From a virus (lineage: Duplodnaviria; Caudoviricetes), in the IMG/VR virus record IMGVR_UViG_3300014613_000029, positions 1-58,847 of that record: a DNA stretch of 58,847 bases. One strand, 5' to 3'. Shown one piece after another: positions 17,512-26,432 of this stretch (position 1 is the first letter of the stretch; each line of letters starts with the position of its first letter). The position numbers and the translations under genes are program-made. A model generated the notes under the pieces. It worked only from the letters and a program-made list of their open reading frames with translations, searched no databases and was not told where the DNA came from.

Positions 17512-18690
17512 ATGCCAAACGAAGAACAGAGCTTAGCAGAACAGATCGTTGGTGGAATTGGTAGCTTTCTTAGCCCAAGCGAAGCTGAGGCCTTTCCTAA
17601 AGTTAAATTTAAGACAAAGACTTTAGAAGAAGCAGTTGCTTTAGCCCGCAGTCGTATATTTGATAGAATTAAGTACGGCGTAAGAGAGGAGATTGCAGTA
17701 GAACCATCATGGAAGGCAACATGGTCAAACACCAGTGGCTGGTGGGTAGAGCAACCTGATAGGCTTAATACAAGCACTAAGTGGTTTAAAGCTTTATCTC
17801 CAGAAAAGCAAGAAGGACTTAAGGCTCTTTACAAGGATAAGAGAATAGGGCTTGGAGATGTAGTTAAACTAGATGCTAATGAAATCTTAGTGCCTTCCAA
17901 ATATGCAAGCAAACTTAAGAAGTGGTTTGAGCAGGAAGCTCCTCCACTGCCTCTTTACTCAGGATCATTCGAAGCAACTAAGTTAGGTAAGGAGGCTCCG
18001 GGAGCATTGATGAGAGAATCAGTGCCTGAGGCTATTGAGAGCAAGATGAGTCAGGTATCGCCGGAGGTTGAACTCTTTAAGCAAGCTGGAGGGATAGAGA
18101 AGAAAAAGAAATTGCCTCTTAGTAGTGTAGCTATTCCAGCAGCTTTTGGTGGAGGTTTAGCAATGTCTAGTTTACTCGAACCAAGCGAAGCCGAGGCATC
18201 GCCGATAGGCAAACTCGTCAGCAAGGTAGTAAAAGGCCCAGCTTCGAGTGCAGCCAGAGCACTCATCGGCCATGAGATCTCTGGTATGAAGATTAAGAAT
18301 GTTATTAAAGGTCGCGAACCTTGGCGTTACATCCTTTTCGAAGGAACAGATCAAGTGATGCCAGTAACGAAGGACGTGTTAAACGACCTTGCTCGGAAGT
18401 TTGGCGAAGATATGTACACCGGCATTGCTGAAGCTAGTCGACCTGCTGAGGCTCTCAAGATGGCTATCAAGAGTGCTGAGAGACGCCTCAGCCTTAAAGG
18501 TACAGGCTCTTATACAAAAGATGAGCTCATTGCTATGGAAGCTAAGCACGTTAACGTTCTTGAAGCTTTAGAGCTCCAGCGCGGGAAGCAAGCCTTAATT
18601 ATCTACAGAGGTGAGAGGATTCGTATTCCAGAGGTGTATGCTGATATTCTCGAGAAGTTCAACCTTGGTAGGAGAGTGAAAGGTAAGTAA
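17512..18690 (+). CDS. Two-module polyprotein E3 with PSEAEA|xP linkers
   Basis: IVGGIGSFLSPSEAEA|FP and AFGGGLAMSSLLEPSEAEA|SP. Confidence 0.65.
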   Translation: MPNEEQSLAEQIVGGIGSFLSPSEAEAFPKVKFKTKTLEEAVALARSRIFDRIKYGVREEIAVEPSWKATWSNTSGWWVEQPDRLNTSTKWFKALSPEKQEGLKALYKDKRIGLGDVVKLDANEILVPSKYASKLKKWFEQEAPPLPLYSGSFEATKLGKEAPGALMRESVPEAIESKMSQVSPEVELFKQAGGIEKKKKLPLSSVAIPAAFGGGLAMSSLLEPSEAEASPIGKLVSKVVKGPASSAARALIGHEISGMKIKNVIKGREPWRYILFEGTDQVMPVTKDVLNDLARKFGEDMYTGIAEASRPAEALKMAIKSAERRLSLKGTGSYTKDELIAMEAKHVNVLEALELQRGKQALIIYRGERIRIPEVYADILEKFNLGRRVKGK

Positions 18691-18692
18691 AC

Positions 18693-20474
18693 GTGCCAAC
18701 ACCAAACGACGAACATAAAGAATTCACAACCGACTGGATGCAACGTATCAAAACAGGCCTAGACTTCCGGAAACGTTACTCCTCTGAAAAGAAATGGCCT
18801 TCTTACCGGAAGTACTATCGTGGGCACTGGGAAGCTGACATCCTGCCGGTAAACCGCACTTTCTCCTATGGCCGTAACCTCATCCCTCGAGTTTACTTTC
18901 GCTCACCACGCGTTACCGTTACTCCTACCCGGCCTGACCTGGCTTGGCATGCTCGCGTCGTCGAAGAGATTGACAACCAGCTCATTCAACAAACCTTTCT
19001 TAAAGCAACCTTGAAGAAAGGCTCGTTAATAGGCTACCTTTGTGGTATCGGCCCGGTCAAGCTAGGTTACGACTCAGAGTTTGGCTTCGACCCTTCGCAG
19101 ATCATCTCACAGGATGGCTCAACCGTTACTCAAGAATCACGCACTAAGCCCGGCGAGCGTATCGAATACCATGAAGGCATCCAGCCTGGCTATCCATGGG
19201 CCCTTCCCGTCCAGCCCGAAGACGTTGTCGTACCTTGGGGATCGACGGATGCTCAAAGCTTACCCTGGATTGCTCATCGAATCTATCGTCCCTTAGACGA
19301 TGTTAAGCAAGACCAGAAGTACCTACAGACTAAAGACCTTCAAGGCTCACGTCAACCTGATGCTAACCGCAGGTGGGTAGGTGGTCGACGCATCGATAAA
19401 GATAAAGATATTCCCTTTGCTGAGCTCTGGGAAGTACGTGATTACAAATCACGCTCGATCTTTACCTTTTGTGAGAACACCTTGCTCCTCAGTCAGCAAG
19501 ATGCTCTCCAAGCAGCTGCTAATGGCCTTCCCTGGGAGTTCATCATCTGGAACGAAGATCCTGAGTACTTTTGGCCTATCGCCGACGTCGACATCATCGA
19601 GCCTCAACAACTCGAATTGAATGAAACTAGAACGCAGGAAAGTCGGCATCGACGTATCGCCCTTCTCAAATTTCTTTACAAGAAAGGTGCCTTTGCAAAG
19701 GAGATGCTTGAACACTTCCTTAGCGGGGAGGTAGGGCCTGCTGTAGAGGTCAATGAAGCTGAAATTCTTTCAAGCGCAATTATTGCGTTACAACCTCATA
19801 TTCCACCTGATCTTCGAGCAGCGGCGAACCAATGCCTCGTTGACATGCAAGAATCACTTGGCTTTGGGCCTAATCAGGCAGGACAATATAAGGCAGGTAC
19901 TCCTCCTTCTGCTTCGGAAGGAAACATCGTCAACCAAACTTTCGAAGCTCGTATCGACGAACGTCAAGATATCCTTAGTGATGTTCTCGTACGCATCGTC
20001 AAGAAATGGAATCAATATATCTTTAACTTTTGGACAGAGGGGAAGGTTACTCAGATTACTAGTCCTCAAGGTACGCCCTTCTGGGTAAGCTATACTGGTG
20101 ATCAGATCAAAGGTGATTACTTCCTTAACGTCGATCCTGAATCAGGAATGCCTGTCTCTCGCGTCTTACGATACCAAATGGCAGAGAATCTCTTCAAGCA
20201 GTTTAATGGTGATCAAACGGTAGACCAGCTCTTACTTCGTAAGATCTACCTGGATACCTTCTCCCAAGTCGAACCTCTTGTTAGGAATCTTTTGACTAGC
20301 CCACCTGAAATCAGCCCTCAGGAAGAGGGTCTGAGAAGGCAACCTCTAGCTCCTGGTGGGAAGGCCGGCAATCTACAAGATTTAGTAAAAGGCGTGGGTA
20401 ATCGAGGTGGCGGACCAAAGGCTCCAGGAGAGGTCATTCCGCTTGATAAGCTTGCGAAGGGAGGTAAGCTTTAG
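18693..20474 (+). CDS. Portal protein
   Basis: 593 aa; position and pattern (W..YrkyY.G, PRVYFRSPRVTV, I.EPQQ.ELN, SASE) typical of podoviral portals. Confidence 0.85.
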   Translation: MPTPNDEHKEFTTDWMQRIKTGLDFRKRYSSEKKWPSYRKYYRGHWEADILPVNRTFSYGRNLIPRVYFRSPRVTVTPTRPDLAWHARVVEEIDNQLIQQTFLKATLKKGSLIGYLCGIGPVKLGYDSEFGFDPSQIISQDGSTVTQESRTKPGERIEYHEGIQPGYPWALPVQPEDVVVPWGSTDAQSLPWIAHRIYRPLDDVKQDQKYLQTKDLQGSRQPDANRRWVGGRRIDKDKDIPFAELWEVRDYKSRSIFTFCENTLLLSQQDALQAAANGLPWEFIIWNEDPEYFWPIADVDIIEPQQLELNETRTQESRHRRIALLKFLYKKGAFAKEMLEHFLSGEVGPAVEVNEAEILSSAIIALQPHIPPDLRAAANQCLVDMQESLGFGPNQAGQYKAGTPPSASEGNIVNQTFEARIDERQDILSDVLVRIVKKWNQYIFNFWTEGKVTQITSPQGTPFWVSYTGDQIKGDYFLNVDPESGMPVSRVLRYQMAENLFKQFNGDQTVDQLLLRKIYLDTFSQVEPLVRNLLTSPPEISPQEEGLRRQPLAPGGKAGNLQDLVKGVGNRGGGPKAPGEVIPLDKLAKGGKL

Positions 20475-20956
20475 TGTCACCTTTAAAGATCAGTCCTGAG
20501 GTAAGAAAGAAGATCATTGAAAAGCTTCTCTCTACCCCTGAAAGGAAAGCTCTTTGGAAAGAAGTAGAGTCTGCGGTTGAAAGAATTTTAGCCTTACCAG
20601 AATCTAAGAGGGCTTACCTCCATGGATCATTTATTACTAAGAAGCCTAATCCACAGGATGTTGATCTAATGCTTAGAGTAACGAACAAGGCTTATGAAAA
20701 TGAAGTTTTAAATGTTCCTGAACATCTTCGTCCCGGAAACTTTTGGCCTCTGAAAGATGCTGAAGTTAAAACTGCTCCTATCGATCTTGGAGTAACAAGA
20801 AATTTAGCAGAAAGAGGCGCTAAAATACTAAGAACAAGTGGACGTAGACGATACGGCAAAGATTACAAATGGATCCGCATTGCTAGTCTCTTAGCAGCCT
20901 TAAAAGCTATGGGAGTAACGAAGGAAAAAGAAAAAGAAGAGGCGAAGGAAGAATAA
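20474..20956 (+). CDS. Minimal nucleotidyltransferase (Pol-beta superfamily) putative effector E4
   Basis: YLHGSFITKKPNPQDVDL fits the hGS...DxD motif, with a third Asp in PIDL. Confidence 0.75.
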   Translation: MSPLKISPEVRKKIIEKLLSTPERKALWKEVESAVERILALPESKRAYLHGSFITKKPNPQDVDLMLRVTNKAYENEVLNVPEHLRPGNFWPLKDAEVKTAPIDLGVTRNLAERGAKILRTSGRRRYGKDYKWIRIASLLAALKAMGVTKEKEKEEAKEE

Positions 20957-20957
20957 C

Positions 20958-21236
20958 ATGCCCCTCTACGACTATAAATGCACCTCATGCCAAGCTGAGT
21001 TTGAAGCTTTTAACAAAATAGGCGCTCGGCTTAAGCAACGCTGCATTAAGTGTGGTAAGCCAACCTCGATCCAACTCTCAAGTTTGCATAGCGATTGGTT
21101 CAAACCATTCACCAGCGAGGACTTCACCGGCGAGCCAATTGAAGTAAAATCGAAGAATCATTACCGTGATCTTTGCCGTAGGCACAACGTCTATGCCAAA
21201 GTGTTTGGAAAGGGGCATAACATCTCGGAGATCTAA
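20958..21236 (+). CDS. FmdB-family zinc-ribbon protein
   Basis: MPLYDYKCTSC...FE...CIKCG. Confidence 0.85.
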   Translation: MPLYDYKCTSCQAEFEAFNKIGARLKQRCIKCGKPTSIQLSSLHSDWFKPFTSEDFTGEPIEVKSKNHYRDLCRRHNVYAKVFGKGHNISEI

Positions 21237-21238
21237 GA

Positions 21239-21859
21239 ATGCCAAAGATTCCTCCTGGTATTAGAGAAAGAATACTTAAGGCTGTTTTAGAAGGAGGTTC
21301 TAGACCTTCTGAAGAGATTCTTGAAAGAATCATAAAGGGTATCATTGAGGAAGCTCCTATTGTACCAAGAGGAATAAGGAAGACAGGGATAGTAGCTACA
21401 AATCCTATGACCGGCAATCTAATATCAGATGTAAGACTACAGTTAGGGAAGCCACGTACTACTGAGTTCAGTACATACAAAATTACACATGACCCTATAC
21501 GAGGTGAGGTCTTCGAGCCAGGTAAGAAGACAGTACGTTATGCACCTCAAGCTCAAGTTGAAGCTTGGGATGAAGTACTGAGAAACTGGGACGTAGTTGA
21601 TACCTTCTACCGAGGAGGCACAAAGGATCCTTGGACGGGAAAGAAGATAAAAACTAGTGGCCTCGTAGATGCTCTTGAGGCTATTGCTAGATGGACCGGC
21701 TATGCGGCTGGGCCTGAAGCAGGCTTACAAAAACATATTAGAGGACTTAAAGCTCCGGTGATAAAACCAGGAAGCTTAAACTCAGTCCTTTATGGTCTAG
21801 GACTCTTAAAGGCTTTTGAAGAGCTAGAGGAATCGAGAAGGAAGGTGGTTAAGAAGTGA
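21239..21859 (+). CDS. Putative virion effector E5
   Basis: N-terminal MPKIPPGIRERILKAVL and C-terminal SVLYGLGLLKAFEELEE tags resemble those of E1 and E4. Confidence 0.55.
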   Translation: MPKIPPGIRERILKAVLEGGSRPSEEILERIIKGIIEEAPIVPRGIRKTGIVATNPMTGNLISDVRLQLGKPRTTEFSTYKITHDPIRGEVFEPGKKTVRYAPQAQVEAWDEVLRNWDVVDTFYRGGTKDPWTGKKIKTSGLVDALEAIARWTGYAAGPEAGLQKHIRGLKAPVIKPGSLNSVLYGLGLLKAFEELEESRRKVVKK

Positions 21860-22104
21860 AATCTAACCTTCATGAGGTGAAGACAGTAGGTCTCTTCTCA
21901 GAAGATACCTCAATACACTACGTAGACACTGACCTTGTTATTGCTACAACCTCAGAAGGTCAAGCACAGGTTGTGCTACGTAACGGCTCAAGGCGTGGCC
22001 TCGACTATGCACTCAAACTTTCAAACTTCAACCTGAAGAAAGGAGGTGTATGGCTTAAAAGACCTGATGGTCTCTCTTATCACTTACTAGAATCAAGACT
22101 TTAG
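21856..22104 (+). CDS. Hypothetical protein
   Basis: GTGA coupling to the upstream gene. Confidence 0.55.
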   Translation: MKSNLHEVKTVGLFSEDTSIHYVDTDLVIATTSEGQAQVVLRNGSRRGLDYALKLSNFNLKKGGVWLKRPDGLSYHLLESRL

Positions 22105-22119
22105 CGACGGAGGTATAAT

Positions 22120-22560
22120 ATGGATTCAGTACAACTAGCGCGAATGGTAACAATCAAGCTAAGTCCTGAAGGCTTTAAAGTAGAGTTCGAAGGGGCGATG
22201 TGGGGGAAGCGTTACATTGACCAGGCTCATCGAGCAATGCTTCGTAGCTTTCCAAAGTACTTAGCAGAGGCGAAGAAGAAAGGAGAAAAAGAAGATGGTA
22301 AACGAAGCGACAGAGCAGGAACAGGAACAAGGCAAGGGGTTACAGACAGAGGGGAAGGAGAAGGGCTCTCCTCCGGAGAAGAAAGAGTCTTCGACAACTC
22401 AGCAAGTAACGAAGGTGGAGTTGACAGCGGAGCAATACAGCGCGATCCTGGACCGAATGGAGGAGCAGGACAAGATGATCGAGAGGCTGACAAGCTCCTC
22501 GAAAAAGGAGAAATCGTCGAGCGTCCAAGACATCGACGAGCTGGCTCGAGAAGGACGTGA
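22120..22560 (+). CDS. Hypothetical protein whose C-terminal part overlaps the scaffold gene
   Basis: GGAGG RBS; 266-nt overlap in another frame. Confidence 0.55.
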   Translation: MDSVQLARMVTIKLSPEGFKVEFEGAMWGKRYIDQAHRAMLRSFPKYLAEAKKKGEKEDGKRSDRAGTGTRQGVTDRGEGEGLSSGEERVFDNSASNEGGVDSGAIQRDPGPNGGAGQDDREADKLLEKGEIVERPRHRRAGSRRT

Positions 22561-23065
22561 GAAGAAAAAAGGTGAGCAGGTTGAGATTGATTGGGATTCA
22601 ATGGGTAATAGAGAGCTTGTAGGTGCAGTATTCCAGCTTATGGACGAGCACGTCGTCAAGCCTTTAAACGTTGAATTACAAACTATAAAGGTTATGAATG
22701 AGATAGATAAGGTCGCTGCGAAGCACGAAGACTTTTACGATTTGCAAGATAGGGTAAAGGAGATCGCAATTGAGAACCCTACCCTTTCAATAGAGAAGGC
22801 CTACAAGATGGCGAAGCTTGAGGCTGAGGAAGAGACGGGTGCTCAGCGAAAGAGCAAAGATCGCGACGAAGCAGGTAACGAAATCGATGAATCCTCTGCG
22901 AAGCGAGGAAAGGGCGTGCACTTACTCATCCCCAGCCGCCCAACACTAGGAGAACGCCCAGGTTTATCGGGAGGCTCGACTCGTCAAGGTCCAGCAAAGA
23001 CTACACGCGAAGCGGCTGAACGAGCTTGGGATACAGTGGTTGGTAAAGGGGGAGGCGTTCAATAA
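22295..23065 (+). CDS. Capsid scaffolding protein
   Basis: Acidic, coiled-coil, ends TTREAAERAWD; directly before the MCP. Confidence 0.75.
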   Translation: MVNEATEQEQEQGKGLQTEGKEKGSPPEKKESSTTQQVTKVELTAEQYSAILDRMEEQDKMIERLTSSSKKEKSSSVQDIDELAREGREKKKGEQVEIDWDSMGNRELVGAVFQLMDEHVVKPLNVELQTIKVMNEIDKVAAKHEDFYDLQDRVKEIAIENPTLSIEKAYKMAKLEAEEETGAQRKSKDRDEAGNEIDESSAKRGKGVHLLIPSRPTLGERPGLSGGSTRQGPAKTTREAAERAWDTVVGKGGGVQ

Positions 23066-23080
23066 AGAAAGGAGATTAAC

Positions 23081-24049
23081 ATGCCCCCTACTTGGACAGA
23101 AACAGTAGACAGTCTATTTTCAAGCACCTGGGCAGAGCGTAAGGCTCAGGCAGTCGATCAGGCCTTCCTAAAAACACCAGTCATTTTCTGGCTGCGTGAA
23201 GCAGGAAGGGTAGAACACATTAATGGGTACAAACGAATTGAGATCCCGTTAAATTACGGCAGTAACGAGACCGTACGATGGATTACCCGTGGTACTCCAG
23301 TACCCATCCAAGATAGCGAAATCATTACCATCGCTTACGAGAACTGGAAGTATATGGGTGTCTCCATTATGAGATGGTTCGAAGTAGATCAGCAAAACCG
23401 TGGTAAGGCACAGGCTATCAATCTTGTAGCAACACAGGTTGATACCGCAGAGCGAAGCTTGTGGGAAGAGATGGAACGAGTTGTCTTCGCTGATGGTACC
23501 GGCCCGAACGAGCCAAACGGTCTGAAGAACCTTATCTCAACAAGCGGGGCAAGCGACACTGCGACAGTGCACGGCATTGCCCGTGGGACCTACACCTGGT
23601 TTTGCAACCAGTCAAAAGCTGCTAGTGGTGCAGCTGAAGTTTATCTCGTCTCTGACATGCGAACATGTCTAAATGACGTAACGAAGTATTCCAAAAGCGA
23701 GCTCAAGGACATCTTCATGATCACTGACCAGGCAAGCTTCGAGCTCTATGAAGACGTTTGCCTTGAGATGAAGATCTTGATGAACACAAAGCTTGCCGAC
23801 GCAGGCTTCGATTCGATTGTTTTTAAAGGACGTCCATTGATTTGGAGTCCAAGTGCTCCCTCAGGCGAAATGAGGTTCGTTAATCCTAACTTTATTAAGC
23901 TTGTTACTGACGAAGGGTTCTTTATGGAGATGACCGACTGGAAGAGCATACCCGATCAACCATTTGACCGGGTAGCGCAGATCGTCTGTACGATGAACCT
24001 GGTAACAAGCCGACCGATCTGTCAAAAGGTTCTTTATAACATTACTTAA
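23081..24049 (+). CDS. Major capsid protein (HK97 fold)
   Basis: 322 aa; FADGTG...NGLKNLI, VHGIARGTYTW, DAGFDSIVFKG patterns; strong RBS. Confidence 0.9.
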   Translation: MPPTWTETVDSLFSSTWAERKAQAVDQAFLKTPVIFWLREAGRVEHINGYKRIEIPLNYGSNETVRWITRGTPVPIQDSEIITIAYENWKYMGVSIMRWFEVDQQNRGKAQAINLVATQVDTAERSLWEEMERVVFADGTGPNEPNGLKNLISTSGASDTATVHGIARGTYTWFCNQSKAASGAAEVYLVSDMRTCLNDVTKYSKSELKDIFMITDQASFELYEDVCLEMKILMNTKLADAGFDSIVFKGRPLIWSPSAPSGEMRFVNPNFIKLVTDEGFFMEMTDWKSIPDQPFDRVAQIVCTMNLVTSRPICQKVLYNIT

Positions 24050-24161
24050 GGAACGAAGAGGTTTGTTTGTTTTCCTCTTCATGTCCTCAGGTTAACGATT
24101 AACCTTCAGGCTCTTGACTGGGCCTGAAGAACCTTAAAATAGCCAAAGAAGGGAGAATGTT

Positions 24162-24911
24162 ATGGCAAACGAAAGATGGGGAGAGTTTCAAGAAGAAACG
24201 CCTAAAGCATGGGCTCAGGCGTTGTATTCAGAGTCTAGCACTAAGAAGGCTAGGCTTGGATCGATTCGGCGATTAAACGATGGCCGAGAGTTCGTCTATG
24301 TTCAGGTGTCAGCCAATATTGGATCAGGTCTGCTTTGCCAAGCTGCAGTCGCAGATGTAGCTAACTTAGGTAACCTTGCTGTTACAGCAAATGCTAACAT
24401 TGGTGATCGGTCCATCAACTTCACGATGGGTGCTTCTAGCGCAGCTAATACGCAAAACGAGTTCGAGGAAGGCTGGGCCCATATAAGTACCATAAACGGT
24501 AGTAATTGGACTGCTTACAAGATAAAGCAGCATGCGGCGATAGCAGCTAACGCGAACGGTACACTTTACCTCTATGATAAGATTAGAGCTAACCTCACAA
24601 CAAGCGATAAGGTTACCATCACTAAGAATAAGGCGAAGAAGACCCTTATAGCACCTACAACCTTAACAGGCACTATCGTGGGAGTTACCGTCATGCCAAT
24701 GACTGCTAACTACTACGGGTGGATTCAGAAGAAGGGTGAGTGTGCAGTAGCCGTGAACGGTTCTGCCAACGACGGTGATGGGCTGGTTCCTGAAGGTGGT
24801 GTAGCTGGTTATGCAGGGCCTTCTACTGCCAATGATCTTACTTGTCTGATTGGAACTTGTATGGTCAACAATGCAGATAATGGTGCTGCATTGGTTGATC
24901 TTAACATTTAA
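24162..24911 (+). CDS. Capsid decoration / cement protein
   Basis: LGSIRRLNDGREFVYVQ and YYGWIQKKG motifs; follows the MCP. Confidence 0.65.
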   Translation: MANERWGEFQEETPKAWAQALYSESSTKKARLGSIRRLNDGREFVYVQVSANIGSGLLCQAAVADVANLGNLAVTANANIGDRSINFTMGASSAANTQNEFEEGWAHISTINGSNWTAYKIKQHAAIAANANGTLYLYDKIRANLTTSDKVTITKNKAKKTLIAPTTLTGTIVGVTVMPMTANYYGWIQKKGECAVAVNGSANDGDGLVPEGGVAGYAGPSTANDLTCLIGTCMVNNADNGAALVDLNI

Positions 24912-24990
24912 CATTTAACCTTTAACCTCAGAGTAGCACTTGGGAGGCTCCGGCCTCCCTCGTGCTTAACTACCGAAAGGAGAGATTAAG

Positions 24991-26073
24991 ATGAGTGGAA
25001 TTGTAAGAAGAAATGATCTTGATAGGTTAATGGGCTGGTTGCTTAACGTGATCGGCCCTGGCGTTGGTGATGTGTTCTTTGTAGCATCAGCTAATAGTGC
25101 TTATGAAACGTGGTATAAGAAGATTGGAGTTGATTCGAGTCATTTATTTGCAACTGTTGCACTTGCTTATGCAGCAATGACAACCGGAAGAAACGATACC
25201 ATTCTTATGGCTCCAGAAGGTATTGCGGCAACAGCAGAACTTGACTGGACAAAGAATAACTGTAATCTGATTGGTCTTGGTGGTCCTAACGTACAGGGTA
25301 GAAAAGGACCTAGTGGTACCTTCCCAACGATGTATGGTGGTTCTTGTCTCTACTCTACTACAACTGGATTGGTCCATGTACTTCATCTCACCGGAGCAAG
25401 AAATCGCTTTTACAACATGCACTTCGTAAATGCTGTCAATGAAGCGACAGCCCTCTCAGCAGTTAGGGTAGGTGGTAGTGCAAACCTTTCCTACGGTAAC
25501 TACTTTAAGAGCTGTAACATTCAGGGTATTGCAGGCACAACTTGTAATAGTGCACTAGCTAGTTCCCTTACCATAGGATCTGGTGCATCATACTACCAAT
25601 TTGACGATTGCACCATTGGTAACAACACCTATATGGGTGCAAGAGCTACTGCTAACCAAGGCCATGTATTTTATTCAGGTTCTGCTCAGGAAGGTCTTGG
25701 AGCAGGTTATGGTCCTCAGAATGGTATCTATAACCGATGTACATTCTTAGATAGAGTCGTAACAGCTGCATCAGTTCCTCTGATTACTGTTGGTTCAGCA
25801 GCTGGCGATGGGGAAGCAATGGATCGTGTCCATATCTTTAGAGATTGTGTCTTCTCTAACTGGTATGGGGCAGTGGCAAACATAAGTCATGTGTTCAAGT
25901 TAATGTGTAACTCATATTACAAGATCGAGCTACATAACTGCACAGCTTCAGGATATGATTACTGGAGAGTTGTAGCAGGTGGAGAGCCCGGTGGAAGGTT
26001 GTGGGCAAGTATGCCGATCACAGGGTTAGGCGGTGGGTTAACTAGAGAACCTACTTCGGCAGTTGGCAGTTAA
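24991..26073 (+). CDS. Beta-helix (pectin-lyase-like) virion protein
   Basis: VFFV...TVALAY...GRNDTIL and repeated F.nC.I/F strands. Confidence 0.65.
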   Translation: MSGIVRRNDLDRLMGWLLNVIGPGVGDVFFVASANSAYETWYKKIGVDSSHLFATVALAYAAMTTGRNDTILMAPEGIAATAELDWTKNNCNLIGLGGPNVQGRKGPSGTFPTMYGGSCLYSTTTGLVHVLHLTGARNRFYNMHFVNAVNEATALSAVRVGGSANLSYGNYFKSCNIQGIAGTTCNSALASSLTIGSGASYYQFDDCTIGNNTYMGARATANQGHVFYSGSAQEGLGAGYGPQNGIYNRCTFLDRVVTAASVPLITVGSAAGDGEAMDRVHIFRDCVFSNWYGAVANISHVFKLMCNSYYKIELHNCTASGYDYWRVVAGGEPGGRLWASMPITGLGGGLTREPTSAVGS

Positions 26074-26080
26074 TTCTAAT

Positions 26081-26118
26081 GGTGGGGAGAGATTAAGTTC
26101 TCTCCCTACTTTTTTTTG
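26081..26118 (+). terminator. Rho-independent terminator
   Basis: GTGGGGAGAG-ATTAAGTT-CTCTCCCTAC followed by T9. Confidence 0.85.
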
Positions 26119-26131
26119 AAAGGAGACCAAG

Positions 26132-26407
26132 ATGGGAGATGATTACAGGTCGCCGGACGGTGTACATGAGCTTACAAAGAAGAACACCGATGTGCTTGGT
26201 AATCTTTCACCGGCCTGCAAGGTAGCAAGCTGTCTCGACTTAACAGAATACCTTGCCCTAAGTGATGCTGCAAAGGACGGAGTTAAGATCGTTCTCTCCT
26301 GTGGCTTCGTTGATATGAGAGATGGTGAATGGGCAAGAAATACTCTATTTGCAATCTTTGATGCTCAGAGCACTACAAGAGCAAACCTGATCACAATGTT
26401 TGGTTAA
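26132..26407 (+). CDS. Hypothetical protein
   Basis: AAGGAG RBS. Confidence 0.65.
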   Translation: MGDDYRSPDGVHELTKKNTDVLGNLSPACKVASCLDLTEYLALSDAAKDGVKIVLSCGFVDMRDGEWARNTLFAIFDAQSTTRANLITMFG

Positions 26408-26432
26408 CCCTAACGCGAAAGGAGCCAAAGCG

